From Candidatus Glassbacteria bacterium (lineage in GTDB: Bacteria; Gemmatimonadota; Glassbacteria; GWA2-58-10), in NCBI GenBank assembly GCA_043805105.1, contig JAZDIG010000429.1, positions 1 to 35,992 on the forward strand: 35,992 nt of DNA, written 5' to 3'. Made by a program: the position numbers and the translations under genes. Of the stretch, positions 1 to 8,779 are shown in pieces (within the stretch, counting starts at the first letter, position 1; each line of letters starts with the position of its first letter). The notes below the pieces were generated by a model. That model saw only the letters and a list, made by a program, of their open reading frames with translations. It had not been told where the DNA came from and ran no database searches.

Positions 1-505
1 GCTTTTCTTGAGGCAATGATTTGCGCAAGGGGGAAAACAAAGCGGATTCATCTGCAATCTCTTCCCTTTTTTCAATAACAATTGGCGTTATGGCTCTGAA
101 TAAATTGCGAGAATTGGTAGGAAGCCACGCCTGCTCCTTTAAAGTATCTGGAATATCAGATAGGACTTTTCTTGCTAAATCCACTGAATCTGTTGACGCC
201 AGAATGCTTCTTTTATTGTCGATAATTATGGCTTTATTAATGTCTTTTTCCCTGATTAGACCGCTTGCCAGGTTATGGAGAGTTTCCAGATCATTGGCAA
301 TGACTGGATAGGAGCTGTTATAAGCCAGGTTGTTCGCCAGAGATAAAGCCCTGATTCGCAATTCATTAAATGAGGATTGTTTATGAAATGTGAAAAACAG
401 CGCGGTAAATACTATCGAAACCAGAATCAGCGCTGAGACCGCGCCCAGAGCTGCCTTAGTTCCTAAAGAAGATTTTGGAAGTATGTTTTTAAACCTTATT
501 TTCAC
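1..505 (-). CDS. Membrane sensor protein (histidine kinase or similar), N-terminal part; runs off the window
   Basis: Not in the ORF track. GTG at 505 overlaps the upstream TGA (GTGA). Translation MKIRFKNILPKSSLGTKAALGAVSALILVSIVFTALFFTFHKQSSFNELRIRALSLANNLAYNSSYPVIANDLETLHNLASGLIREKDINKAIIID: TM helix then periplasmic sensor domain. Confidence 0.7.
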   Translation of the reverse strand, partial: MKIRFKNILPKSSLGTKAALGAVSALILVSIVFTALFFTFHKQSSFNELRIRALSLANNLAYNSSYPVIANDLETLHNLASGLIREKDINKAIIIDNKRSILASTDSVDLARKVLSDIPDTLKEQAWLPTNSRNLFRAITPIVIEKREEIADESALFSPLRKSLPQEK

Positions 506-1491
506 TGTTCAGGATTTCCCTTGCCCACGATAATTGCTTTATCTAAGATTTTGCGAGAAAAATATAGTCCCATTTTTAAGGACACTGCTTCGTTAATGTA
601 GAGAAGGACTGTGCGGGGAAATTCTCTCTGGCCTCTATTCAGGTTCTGGTTCGACAATATTTGGATTGCCAATTCTGCAGTCTGCCGGCCAATATCTTTA
701 TAATCCAATCCGATAGTCAAAGGAGCGCCGGCTACGGCGAGTTGCTCTGAAAAAGCCATAACCGGGATCCCTTTTTGGAAACATTCATGAAGAATGAATT
801 GTAAAGCATCCGGGTGATAGATATTGGCGTCAGGAGGCAGTATCAGGCCATCGATAGAAGAGATTATTTTTTTCAGCGTTAAGGGGACATCCTTGTAACT
901 GCCAACACCTGAGCCAATGAGATTGATTTTTTCTTGTTTCGAGTATTCTAAAGCGGAATTGAAAAGGTTTTCCTGCGATGAAGAGTATAGGATTCCTAAT
1001 CTGCGGACCATCGGTAGGGCTTCAAATAATATCTTAAGTTGATGTTCTATAGGAATTGAAATAGATACGCCACCAATGGGCTTCTGGGCATCTGGAATAT
1101 CGGACGGCAATCGGGTGAAATCTTCCCAGGTCATTGTGAAGACAATGGGAATTGACTCAATATGTTCCAAAGCGGACTTGGTGGCTTGAGTTCCAACAGT
1201 TACAATCAACGCCGGTTGGCTTTCCGCAACCTCTTGCCAAATTCTGGCTTCTGTTCCCTCTTTCCCTTCCAGTAACCAATTATCAATCCTGATTCGAGGT
1301 GACTTTGTCTCCACCAACACCTTGAAACCATTAGCAGCTAGACGGTATTCTGGACTCGCAGTGCTTTCGACCAACGCTATTTTATTTGCTCCAAACAAGC
1401 TTCCATATTGAGGAGAAATGCTTATTAGAGAAAATAGGGTCAAAAAAAATAAGGATGTCTTCCAACATTGAGGAAAACACAAGAAGAGCAT
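502..1491 (-). CDS. ABC-type substrate-binding (periplasmic ligand-binding) protein
   Basis: Motifs LIVTVGTQAT, IPIVFT, GGVS, RRLGILYS, DYKDIGRQTAELAIQIL typical of the ABC_sub_bind family. Start uncertain (1491 gives a signal peptide; ORF extends to 1572). Confidence 0.8.
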   Translation of the reverse strand: MLFLCFPQCWKTSLFFLTLFSLISISPQYGSLFGANKIALVESTASPEYRLAANGFKVLVETKSPRIRIDNWLLEGKEGTEARIWQEVAESQPALIVTVGTQATKSALEHIESIPIVFTMTWEDFTRLPSDIPDAQKPIGGVSISIPIEHQLKILFEALPMVRRLGILYSSSQENLFNSALEYSKQEKINLIGSGVGSYKDVPLTLKKIISSIDGLILPPDANIYHPDALQFILHECFQKGIPVMAFSEQLAVAGAPLTIGLDYKDIGRQTAELAIQILSNQNLNRGQREFPRTVLLYINEAVSLKMGLYFSRKILDKAIIVGKGNPEQ

Positions 1492-1678
1492 TTTACCAAA
1501 TTGGATTAAATTTTGAATGTAGTTTATCTGACCGGGGCTACTCATTTTGCCTAAGAGGGTCGAGATATTCACACGCGAAATTGCTGGTTTAAACTTCTGA
1601 AGCGGCGGGCGACAGGAATCACCTGTCAGCGAGACAAATTAAGTAAGCAAGTGGATTACCATTATTACTTTGATTACT

Positions 1679-1707
1679 TGATTAGCAACTCGTCTCACGT
1701 TTGTCAA
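1679..1707 (-). promoter_or_regulatory. Putative sigma70 promoter for the substrate-binding protein gene
   Basis: Minus strand TTGACA-N17-TAATCA, just downstream of the TonB-receptor terminator. Confidence 0.4.
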
Positions 1708-1753
1708 GATTAAAATTTTTCGAATGGCTGAGAGATCGTGGGAGAATGTAAAC

Positions 1754-1786
1754 AAAAAAATCGGCGCTCCAAATGAGGCACCGATT
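1754..1786 (-). terminator. Intrinsic terminator after the TonB-dependent receptor
   Basis: Minus strand AATCGGTGCCTC-ATTTG-GAGCGCCGATT hairpin followed by a T run. Confidence 0.7.
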
Positions 1787-1844
1787 CAATGATTGAGCAG
1801 ATAATATTCTACTTTAACCAATCCTATCTTTGATCACTCCTCAT

Positions 1845-3761
1845 TCAGAAATAAAAGTAAGCGCCCACCGTTATTCGTCTTTGGACGGCTTCGGAATTAG
1901 GATACTCCTGCTTGTCGTTGTCCAAGAGATTATAAGCGGCCATAAATACTTCGAAATGATCCTTTTTCGGTGAGTAGCCCAATCTCCAATCTACCCGCGT
2001 GTGGCTTGCCATCGAATTAACTTCATATAACCCCAATCTGGTCGGCACATTCCAGATCGTTTTTCCGATATAAGTTGCACCTAACGTCGTTTCAAAGCAA
2101 GAGGGTAAACTTATATTCAACCTTACACTAGCTTTATTCTTTGGCGGATACTGTTTGTTTGTAATACTATAATTATTTGTCATGTGCTGGTTACTGTAAT
2201 TAGCATTTATTTTAAGCATTGACCAAGGGAGCAGTTCAAGACTTAGCTCACTACCAATTATTTTGGCACTCCCTCTGTTATGATAAGATTTCAAGATGTT
2301 AAGTGTAGGAAAATCAAATACACCTGTTGGATCGAGAAAGATGTAATCTCTGAATTTTAAACCAAATATATCTAATTCTAGTCTCACTTTTGAGCTTGGA
2401 GATAAAACATAACCTAATTCATACGAAGTGATTTTTTCCGGCGATAACTCCTTATTTCCCACAAAGTAGATCCCATTCGGAGCTGTGTAATCAATATAAG
2501 TATTCAGGTAAGTTGGATTGCGGAATGCTTTCCCAAATGAAAACCGAAAGGTGTGATCCTGACTTAGTGAATAGACCAGATTCCCCCTCGGGCTAACATT
2601 TGTTCCCACTAATGGGTGATGATCTATTCTGGCTCCTGCGGATATGGTTATTTCAGGACTTATCTTTGATTCTTCCTGAATAAAGAAGGCGGATAAATTT
2701 TGTTCATGGCTTTCGTCCAGGATGTTTGACCGGATAGTGTTTAAACGGTAAGAAGCCCCATAAACTAAAGTGTTGCTTTCCCAAAATCGGTTCATTCCTT
2801 GAGCTTCCAGATCGAAAGTATTAAAAAAGATGTCCTCAACTACACCATAAAAAAGCGGGGCTTCTTTAAAAGTGTAAGTGTTTTCTCTTTGATCGCCCCT
2901 GTTCCAAAAGGCTTGAAGGGAGTAATGCCCATGGCTAAATCTGAATTTGCTATACGTATTTGTAGCTTTAGCTTTGTTGGGAGTATTTAAAAAAATCTTG
3001 TGGACATAACCATTATTAATTCCAGCATCGAACGAAAGCCTGGTATCGGGGGAGAACTGATGTTCAACAAGAAAATTGCCGAGAACAATCTCTGAGGACT
3101 GTTCGTCATCATTTTCAAAACTATTGATTCTTTTTGCCCCTGCAGCAAAGCGGAAACCGGTATTGCCTCTGGTCCCGCCTAATAATAAGCCTGTATTAAG
3201 ACTGGAAAACTCCCCGGCTTGGACAAATACTTGCTGCTGGGTAATCTGGTTGGAGGTCTTGGTCAGGATATTGATGACTCCGCTGAAAGCGTTGGCCCCG
3301 TAAAGGGCTGAGCCAGGGCTTCGCATGATCTCAATCCTATCGATCTGGTCAATCAGGATTGGCAGGCTTTCCCAGACGGTTCCTCCGTAATAATCGATAT
3401 AAACCGACCGGCCGTCGATCATGACCAGAACGTTATTTGAAGGAACCTGGCTAAGACCCCTGATACTCACCTCGGAATGGGAAGAGGTTATAGTCATCAC
3501 TTCGAGACCAGGAACATAACGCAGGATTTCCGGGATGCTCATCGCTCCCATGGCTTTGATTTCTTTGGCAGTAATCACAGTCATGGTAGCCGGAGCCTGA
3601 TTGACACTTTGCTCAGTTCTACTGGCCGTAACTACTTTCCCAGTTTGGTGAAACAGCATTTCCTCGGTAAACTCGGCTTGGGCGGAAACTGCCCGGGCAG
3701 ATAAAGCGTAGAATATTGGGATCAGCAAGATAAAGTAGCCGGAAGTCATTTTGGGAAGCAT
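1845..3761 (-). CDS. TonB-dependent outer-membrane receptor
   Basis: Signal peptide, plug motifs VVTASRTEQ..APATMTVIT, LRYVPGLEV, VLVMIDGRSVY, IDRIEIMRSPGSALYGANAFSGVINILTK; C-terminal YNLLD...GAYFYF. Confidence 0.93.
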   Translation of the reverse strand: MLPKMTSGYFILLIPIFYALSARAVSAQAEFTEEMLFHQTGKVVTASRTEQSVNQAPATMTVITAKEIKAMGAMSIPEILRYVPGLEVMTITSSHSEVSIRGLSQVPSNNVLVMIDGRSVYIDYYGGTVWESLPILIDQIDRIEIMRSPGSALYGANAFSGVINILTKTSNQITQQQVFVQAGEFSSLNTGLLLGGTRGNTGFRFAAGAKRINSFENDDEQSSEIVLGNFLVEHQFSPDTRLSFDAGINNGYVHKIFLNTPNKAKATNTYSKFRFSHGHYSLQAFWNRGDQRENTYTFKEAPLFYGVVEDIFFNTFDLEAQGMNRFWESNTLVYGASYRLNTIRSNILDESHEQNLSAFFIQEESKISPEITISAGARIDHHPLVGTNVSPRGNLVYSLSQDHTFRFSFGKAFRNPTYLNTYIDYTAPNGIYFVGNKELSPEKITSYELGYVLSPSSKVRLELDIFGLKFRDYIFLDPTGVFDFPTLNILKSYHNRGSAKIIGSELSLELLPWSMLKINANYSNQHMTNNYSITNKQYPPKNKASVRLNISLPSCFETTLGATYIGKTIWNVPTRLGLYEVNSMASHTRVDWRLGYSPKKDHFEVFMAAYNLLDNDKQEYPNSEAVQRRITVGAYFYF

Positions 3762-3788
3762 AAAGACTCCAAATAACTTGGAAAGATA

Positions 3789-4415
3789 TTAACTTCGAGT
3801 TTTGGATTGGAGGCCGATCAACTCATCGATGCTCTTCAATAATTCATCCGTTTTAAACGGCTTTATCAGGTATCCGTCTGCTCCAGTATTCAAGACATCA
3901 GCCTTGCTGTAAGTGGCGTAATGGGCGGTCATAGCAATGATTTTAGTATTAGTAAAAGCACTGGAGTCAGCTTTTAGCCTGCGGCAGACTTCCAGCCCGT
4001 CAATCTTAGGCATTCTGATATCAAGAATCAGTAAGTCTGGCCGGAATTCTCCCATCTTGAGAAGAACTTCGTAGCCATCATTGACGACCTCGATCTTATA
4101 TTCAGGGTATTCTCCTTGGAGAAGCTCTTTGAGTCCCTGAGCGAATTCAGGGTTATCTTCTCCGATCAGAATCTTTATTCTTCCTTTTCTTTCAAAAAAA
4201 GATTCGTTGATAGGAATGTTATTTCTCTTCAAAAAATCTTTGAAATCTTCCTTGGTTATCTTGTACCTTCCCCTAGGGTAACGAAAGCACTTCAAACGCC
4301 CCTTCTTAATCCATCTGTTGACATGGACATGCGACACTCCGCAATACCGGGCGACATCAGTTGTGGTTAATGCTCCCTCAAAAACAGAATCATTTACTTT
4401 ATTTTTCTCTTCCAC
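3789..4415 (-). CDS. Response regulator with N-terminal excisionase-type HTH and C-terminal receiver domain
   Basis: LTTTDVARYCGVSHVHVNRWIKKGRLKC (HTH_17-like); receiver ILIGEDN, DLLILDIRMPKIDG, AMTAH, YLIKPF. Probable GTG start at 4415 (ORF extends to 4517). Confidence 0.88.
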   Translation of the reverse strand: MEEKNKVNDSVFEGALTTTDVARYCGVSHVHVNRWIKKGRLKCFRYPRGRYKITKEDFKDFLKRNNIPINESFFERKGRIKILIGEDNPEFAQGLKELLQGEYPEYKIEVVNDGYEVLLKMGEFRPDLLILDIRMPKIDGLEVCRRLKADSSAFTNTKIIAMTAHYATYSKADVLNTGADGYLIKPFKTDELLKSIDELIGLQSKTRS

Positions 4416-4704
4416 TTGAGGTCCCCTTTGGTTTTTTACTTTTGTTGCTAAAAAATATAATACATATCTCGACCGCCAAGTCAACTCTTTTCTGGGATTC
4501 GAAACGCTGAGCCGCACAGGCAGGATGGATCATGGGGCGTAGCAATTTTTTCTAATCTTTGTCGGCTTGATTACAAGAACTCCTTCTACTACTAATCTGA
4601 ACGAATTTGAAGTTATATTTTATTTCACTGCATCCAAAATATTGCAAAACACACAAGATAGTGTGCAACTACTTAAGTTATTTTACTTCGCCCTATTTTT
4701 TATC

Positions 4705-4733
4705 TTGCATACTCCCTGAAATTCTTTTACATT
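4705..4733 (+). promoter_or_regulatory. Putative sigma70 promoter
   Basis: TTGCAT-N17-TACATT upstream of ATG 4790. Confidence 0.45.
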
Positions 4734-4789
4734 AAAAAGTGATTATTTAAATACTTTTTTCTTCATTAAGCCTTTTAAAAGGAATAACT

Positions 4790-5116
4790 ATGCCTGGCAA
4801 GCGCAACATCATCGACAAAAGCAAGCTCTATAAAATGGTGAAAGAAGGCAGGTCCGCACAGGAGATAATGAAGGCGTTACAAATCAAGCTGAAACACGGC
4901 TTGAAAAGCGCTTTGTTCGACCTTTCCATTGAAAAGAATTAAGTTCTTACCGTGCCCGGATTGCAAGCACGAGCGATCGGCAGCCGGAAACTCACCAAAG
5001 TTGGACTCCATGTCCCCTTCGCTCAGCTGAAAGATTACTTTGAAATCGGCGATAAATTCGAGATGGAGGTTACCAAAGAAAAGATTACTTTGGTCAAGGT
5101 TGCGGATAAGAATTAA
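4790..5116 (+). pseudogene. AbrB/SpoVT-like small DNA-binding protein with in-frame TAA at 4940-4942
   Basis: SD AAGGA, ATG 4790; MPGKRNIIDKSKLYKMVKEGRSAQEIMKALQIKLKHGLKSALFDLSIEKN*VLTVPGLQARAIGSRKLTKVGLHVPFAQLKDYFEIGDKFEMEVTKEKITLVKVADKN*. The C-terminal GDxFxxEVxxxKITL is AbrB-like; both halves are in one frame, followed by a terminator. Confidence 0.65.
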
Positions 5117-5149
5117 CCATTTGCCACTAAAATAAGTACTTCAGTTTCA

Positions 5150-5179
5150 AAAAGGCAAGGCTACGGGGCCTTGCCTTTT
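5150..5179. terminator. Bidirectional intrinsic terminator
   Basis: AAAAGGCAAGGC-TACGGG-GCCTTGCCTTTT between convergent genes. Confidence 0.8.
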
Positions 5180-5217
5180 CATTTTGGGCCATTTTTCCAG
5201 ATAACTCTAGAGATTTT

Positions 5218-5514
5218 TTACTTAGCGAGGCCAAATTTCTTTTCAAGACGACTGACGCGTTGGCGAAGTTCTGTTACCTCAACCTCAAGTTGAACCACGG
5301 TACGGAGTAATGGCGGAAGAGCAAGTTTAATTTCTCGAATTTCTGAGTGTAAAGCGTCGATGTTGTTATTGACGGCTTGGAAGCGCTGTTCCATCTCTTC
5401 CCTGAGGGCCTGAAGTTCTTTTTTTGTGGAGGTTTTCTCAATTTTGGCTGCAGTTTCTTCGAAGCCGCGCTGAATCATTTGGGCCAGTTTTTCAAGAGTG
5501 ATTTCCTTTGCCAT
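5218..5514 (-). CDS. Small coiled-coil hypothetical protein of a type common in Patescibacteria
   Basis: MAKEITLEKLAQMIQRGFEET...LRQRVSRLEKKFGL with heptad pattern; start 5514 or 5523. Confidence 0.8.
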   Translation of the reverse strand: MAKEITLEKLAQMIQRGFEETAAKIEKTSTKKELQALREEMEQRFQAVNNNIDALHSEIREIKLALPPLLRTVVQLEVEVTELRQRVSRLEKKFGLAK

Positions 5515-5521
5515 ATTCTCC

Positions 5522-5549
5522 ATTTTAGAGGATAAAGATAACTTGTCAA
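5522..5549 (-). promoter_or_regulatory. sigma70 promoter giving a probably leaderless transcript
   Basis: Minus strand TTGACA-N16-TAAAAT, then 7 nt to ATG 5514. Confidence 0.55.
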
Positions 5550-5605
5550 CTTACGATATATTATGAAGTTATTGCTTTTTGAGTTGTCTCTTTTTTTTGA
5601 CCTAT

Positions 5606-8569
5606 CTATCTCCAAATCGGGATGACTTCTTTGAGCCAAGGAGTGAAGCTTACGGAAACAATGGTTTGGAATGAATTGGTACCGTCCGCGCCGTTGCAGG
5701 TCAGGGCAAAGGTTGTAGTTTTCTGAGGCCTGACCTGGACAGAACCTTCTTTGTATCTGCTGTCTGCGGAAGGATTCAAGGAAGCGGAACCGATCCCGTT
5801 ATCAATTGAACAGCTGGTGGCATACCGGCAAAACCATTTGAGAGTTGAGGACTGGGGAGGAATGATTGACGGAGGTTCTGCTGTGAACTCGCAGCGTGGA
5901 ATTTCCGTAATCTTGACGCTGACTTCATCCGAAGCTGAACCGGCTGGATTGCTACAGGTTATTTTGTGGTTGTAGGTGTCTCTTTGGGTTCGGGTGAATG
6001 ATTCGGATCCATTAGGGAGTTTCGATCCGCTCCAATCGCCGGAAGCAGAGCAGGAATCAGCATTGGCGCTGCTCCAAGATATATCGTAATGGGCTTCAGG
6101 CGGGACCGGCGCGTCAAAGGGGAAAGAAATCATCTGGCTGGGACTGGCCCAAATATTGACTTCGGGTTTTGGCCGGGGAACTGTCACCAGACAAATATCG
6201 GATGAACCAGCGCTCTTCACGCTGACGGTTTTCTCTCCGCCGGTGTAAAATGTAATTCTGGCCGTGCTGTTTGGAGAATTGGGGACAATCGTTCCTTCGG
6301 AAACTCCCCATTCGTAATCATTATTGCCGCCCGTGGCGCTGAAAGTGATCTCCTTCCCTATTTCTGCTTCGCTTTGGGCCGGAGAACAGCTTACGGCGGG
6401 GAATTCTTCAATTACAAGCTCTTGCGGCGGCGCAGATTCTTCTTCAAAAAGATAAACCGAACAGGAGCTGGTAAGGTTGGCGCTGGATACGCTGATTATG
6501 TTCGTGCCGAGATTGTTGAAAATGGCCGAAGCGGAATTGGAAGAAATTGGAACGATGGTTCCTTCGGTCAAAACTTCCCACTTGTAAGTTCCGTTGCCGC
6601 CTAAGGCCTCCACTTCAATGGGCGTTCCGGTTTTTTGTTCAGCCAGGGAACTGGGTTTCGCTTGGCAGCTCAGGGCTAGGGTGGCCGGCGGTTGCGATGA
6701 TGGTTGAGAGAAAACAACGACAGTGCACGAAGCATCAAGCCCGCCGCTTTTGACAGTTATTATTTTTGGCCCGGATGAAGCAAAAGTTGCCGTGGCGGTA
6801 TCAAAGGTAGCCGGAATAATGGTTCCTTTCCATAGTGTATCATTCAAAAACTTGCTAAGAAGAAAATCCCAAGTGTATTTCTGGCTGTCTCCGCCTTTGG
6901 CCTGCATGGTAATCGGTGTTCCCACTTTCCGGTCCAAGATGAATTTGGGAGAAACCACATCGCAGCTCAACGGCGTTATCACCACACCAGGTGGAGGAGT
7001 CACGCAATTCCCGTCCGCGTCTTTAATCATCCCTTCCGGCACTGTTGCTTGGTTCCCGGAAATATTCGGGCAGACGTCTGATTCGCTGATGTCCACAATG
7101 CAAGCTCCAGTCATTCCAGCGCTGGAAACGTTGATTCCCTTTTTTCCAGGAGTGTTGAACATCACCACCGCTGAATCCAGAGAATCAGAAAAAACGCTTC
7201 CGTCAGGCAAAACAGACCAGGTGTATGTTCCGTTGCCGCCCGCTGCTTTGACCGCAATCTGGGTATTAGTTTTTCTGTCCGCTTCCGCCGGAGCAGTTAT
7301 CTGGCAGGTCGGAGGCGTGGGCGCCTGAACCACGTTCAAACTACAGAAAGCGCTGACTGTGGCGCCGGCAACAGTATGCGATACCGTGACGGTTTTCAAC
7401 CCGGAAGTATTGTAAACAACCGAGGCGGTATCACGAGTGGAGGTAACGCTTCCGTCTGGCGAAGAAGACCAAGCATAATAACCATTATCAAAGTCAGTGC
7501 CTAACGCTCTCATGCTTATCGCTTTTCCCGTTTCCCTGTTGGCGGACGTTACTTCGCATTCAAAGCGGGTCGCGCCGGGAGCCGGCTGGCTCACGGTGAT
7601 GGCAAAATTGGTTTCCAAAGTGCCTTTAGTTACTTTGATTTTTTTGTCTCCGGCCAAACTGAAAGCAATTTTCAAAAACGGTCCAGTGGTTATACTGGAA
7701 CCCGGAGAAACCGATTTAAAGTCAGCAGTGTTGAGATTGTTCACATACTGGCCCGCGGAATAATTGTCGGGATTGTTCGGGACATACGCTCCGCTGCCGC
7801 TTGTCAGTTGCCAGGAATAATATTCCCCTTGGGTGGGGTCCGCATTGGAAACATATAATTGAACAATCTTATTTGTTTCGGCCTGGATATTTTGGGTTAC
7901 CGGAGTTTCAGTGCGCTGGCCGTCCGTATTATCCACTTGAGCCACCGCCGGAGGAGGAGTCAGAGATATTCTTTTAACCGCCAAACCAGAAACATATCCC
8001 GGAGAAACGGAAAGTCCTATACCGACTATGACGCTGCCCGCTGGGGCTGGGAAGATAAGTTTAGGGTATTTTTCGTTTCTATTTGTGATACACGAATCAA
8101 AATATTGTTTTTTACTACTAATATCATTTAAAGGCGCATATTCCTGATAGTAACAAATAGGGGCGTTGGTATCACTGGTAATTGCCCAGTTCCAACCTGT
8201 AATAACGCTGTTAGAAATGTAGTCAGAAACTTTTTCGGCCGTCCCCGCCCCTGCTCCGCAATTTCTTTGAGTCCAATCGCTTACTTTATTGAAAATGGCT
8301 TGTCCGTTTTCAACGGGAGCGGTTTTTATATACAAAGAACAGTCCGGAAAATCTCCACCAATCCCAATTGCGGTTAGAACATGCCCAGAGACTTCAAAGA
8401 TTCCGCCTTGGTCCGCGGTTCCATTTGCCGCCGCCCAGCGAGTGTATGTTTGAGTAGTATTTGCAGCCGCAAGGGCATTACTGCTTGATAAAAGTAAAAC
8501 AACAAAAAGAGGAATTAGTATTAAAAGGACCTTTGAAAAATTGTTTTTAAAAATATTTATGTTGGGCAT
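5606..8569 (-). CDS. Large secreted/surface protein with tandem Cys-paired Ig/PKD-like repeats
   Basis: Signal peptide from ATG 8569; about six units of C..GxxIxxxAxGGNGTYxW...F.T.GxKxxxVxS...C; DVCPNISGNQATVPEGMIKDADGNCV linker; WSSANADSCSASGDWSG and STLKWFCRYATSCSID domains; ends PWLKEVIPIWR. Confidence 0.85.
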   Translation of the reverse strand: MPNINIFKNNFSKVLLILIPLFVVLLLSSSNALAAANTTQTYTRWAAANGTADQGGIFEVSGHVLTAIGIGGDFPDCSLYIKTAPVENGQAIFNKVSDWTQRNCGAGAGTAEKVSDYISNSVITGWNWAITSDTNAPICYYQEYAPLNDISSKKQYFDSCITNRNEKYPKLIFPAPAGSVIVGIGLSVSPGYVSGLAVKRISLTPPPAVAQVDNTDGQRTETPVTQNIQAETNKIVQLYVSNADPTQGEYYSWQLTSGSGAYVPNNPDNYSAGQYVNNLNTADFKSVSPGSSITTGPFLKIAFSLAGDKKIKVTKGTLETNFAITVSQPAPGATRFECEVTSANRETGKAISMRALGTDFDNGYYAWSSSPDGSVTSTRDTASVVYNTSGLKTVTVSHTVAGATVSAFCSLNVVQAPTPPTCQITAPAEADRKTNTQIAVKAAGGNGTYTWSVLPDGSVFSDSLDSAVVMFNTPGKKGINVSSAGMTGACIVDISESDVCPNISGNQATVPEGMIKDADGNCVTPPPGVVITPLSCDVVSPKFILDRKVGTPITMQAKGGDSQKYTWDFLLSKFLNDTLWKGTIIPATFDTATATFASSGPKIITVKSGGLDASCTVVVFSQPSSQPPATLALSCQAKPSSLAEQKTGTPIEVEALGGNGTYKWEVLTEGTIVPISSNSASAIFNNLGTNIISVSSANLTSSCSVYLFEEESAPPQELVIEEFPAVSCSPAQSEAEIGKEITFSATGGNNDYEWGVSEGTIVPNSPNSTARITFYTGGEKTVSVKSAGSSDICLVTVPRPKPEVNIWASPSQMISFPFDAPVPPEAHYDISWSSANADSCSASGDWSGSKLPNGSESFTRTQRDTYNHKITCSNPAGSASDEVSVKITEIPRCEFTAEPPSIIPPQSSTLKWFCRYATSCSIDNGIGSASLNPSADSRYKEGSVQVRPQKTTTFALTCNGADGTNSFQTIVSVSFTPWLKEVIPIWR

Positions 8570-8653
8570 TGCTTTAATTTTCTTCCATATATAATGTAGT
8601 GTCAAACACTATGTTTGTGGATAACTAATTATTTTGTCATTTCTGCCTTGCCT

Positions 8654-8712
8654 GTCATTCCTGCGGAAGCAGGAATCCAGAATCTGGATTCCGCATCAAG
8701 TGCGGAATGGCA
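8654..8712. repeat. REP-like palindromic doublet (GTCATTCC...GGAATCCAG type)
   Basis: GTCATTCCTGCGGAAGCAGGAATCCAG-AAT-CTGGATTCCGCATCAAGTGCGGAATGGCA: two hairpins in inverted orientation. Confidence 0.7.
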
Positions 8713-8722
8713 AAAAAGAAAT

Positions 8723-8760
8723 AAAAAAATACCCCTTAACGAAACTTCCGTTAAGGGGTA
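8723..8760 (-). terminator. Intrinsic terminator after the beta-barrel-like gene
   Basis: TACCCCTTAACG-AAACTTC-CGTTAAGGGGTA stem with a T7 tract on the minus strand. Confidence 0.85.
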
Positions 8761-8779
8761 CAAAGGAGCGGCTTGAGAG

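Noticed and set aside
4940-4942. Possible stop-codon reassignment
   Set aside because: TAA terminates neighbouring genes normally and only one case is seen.
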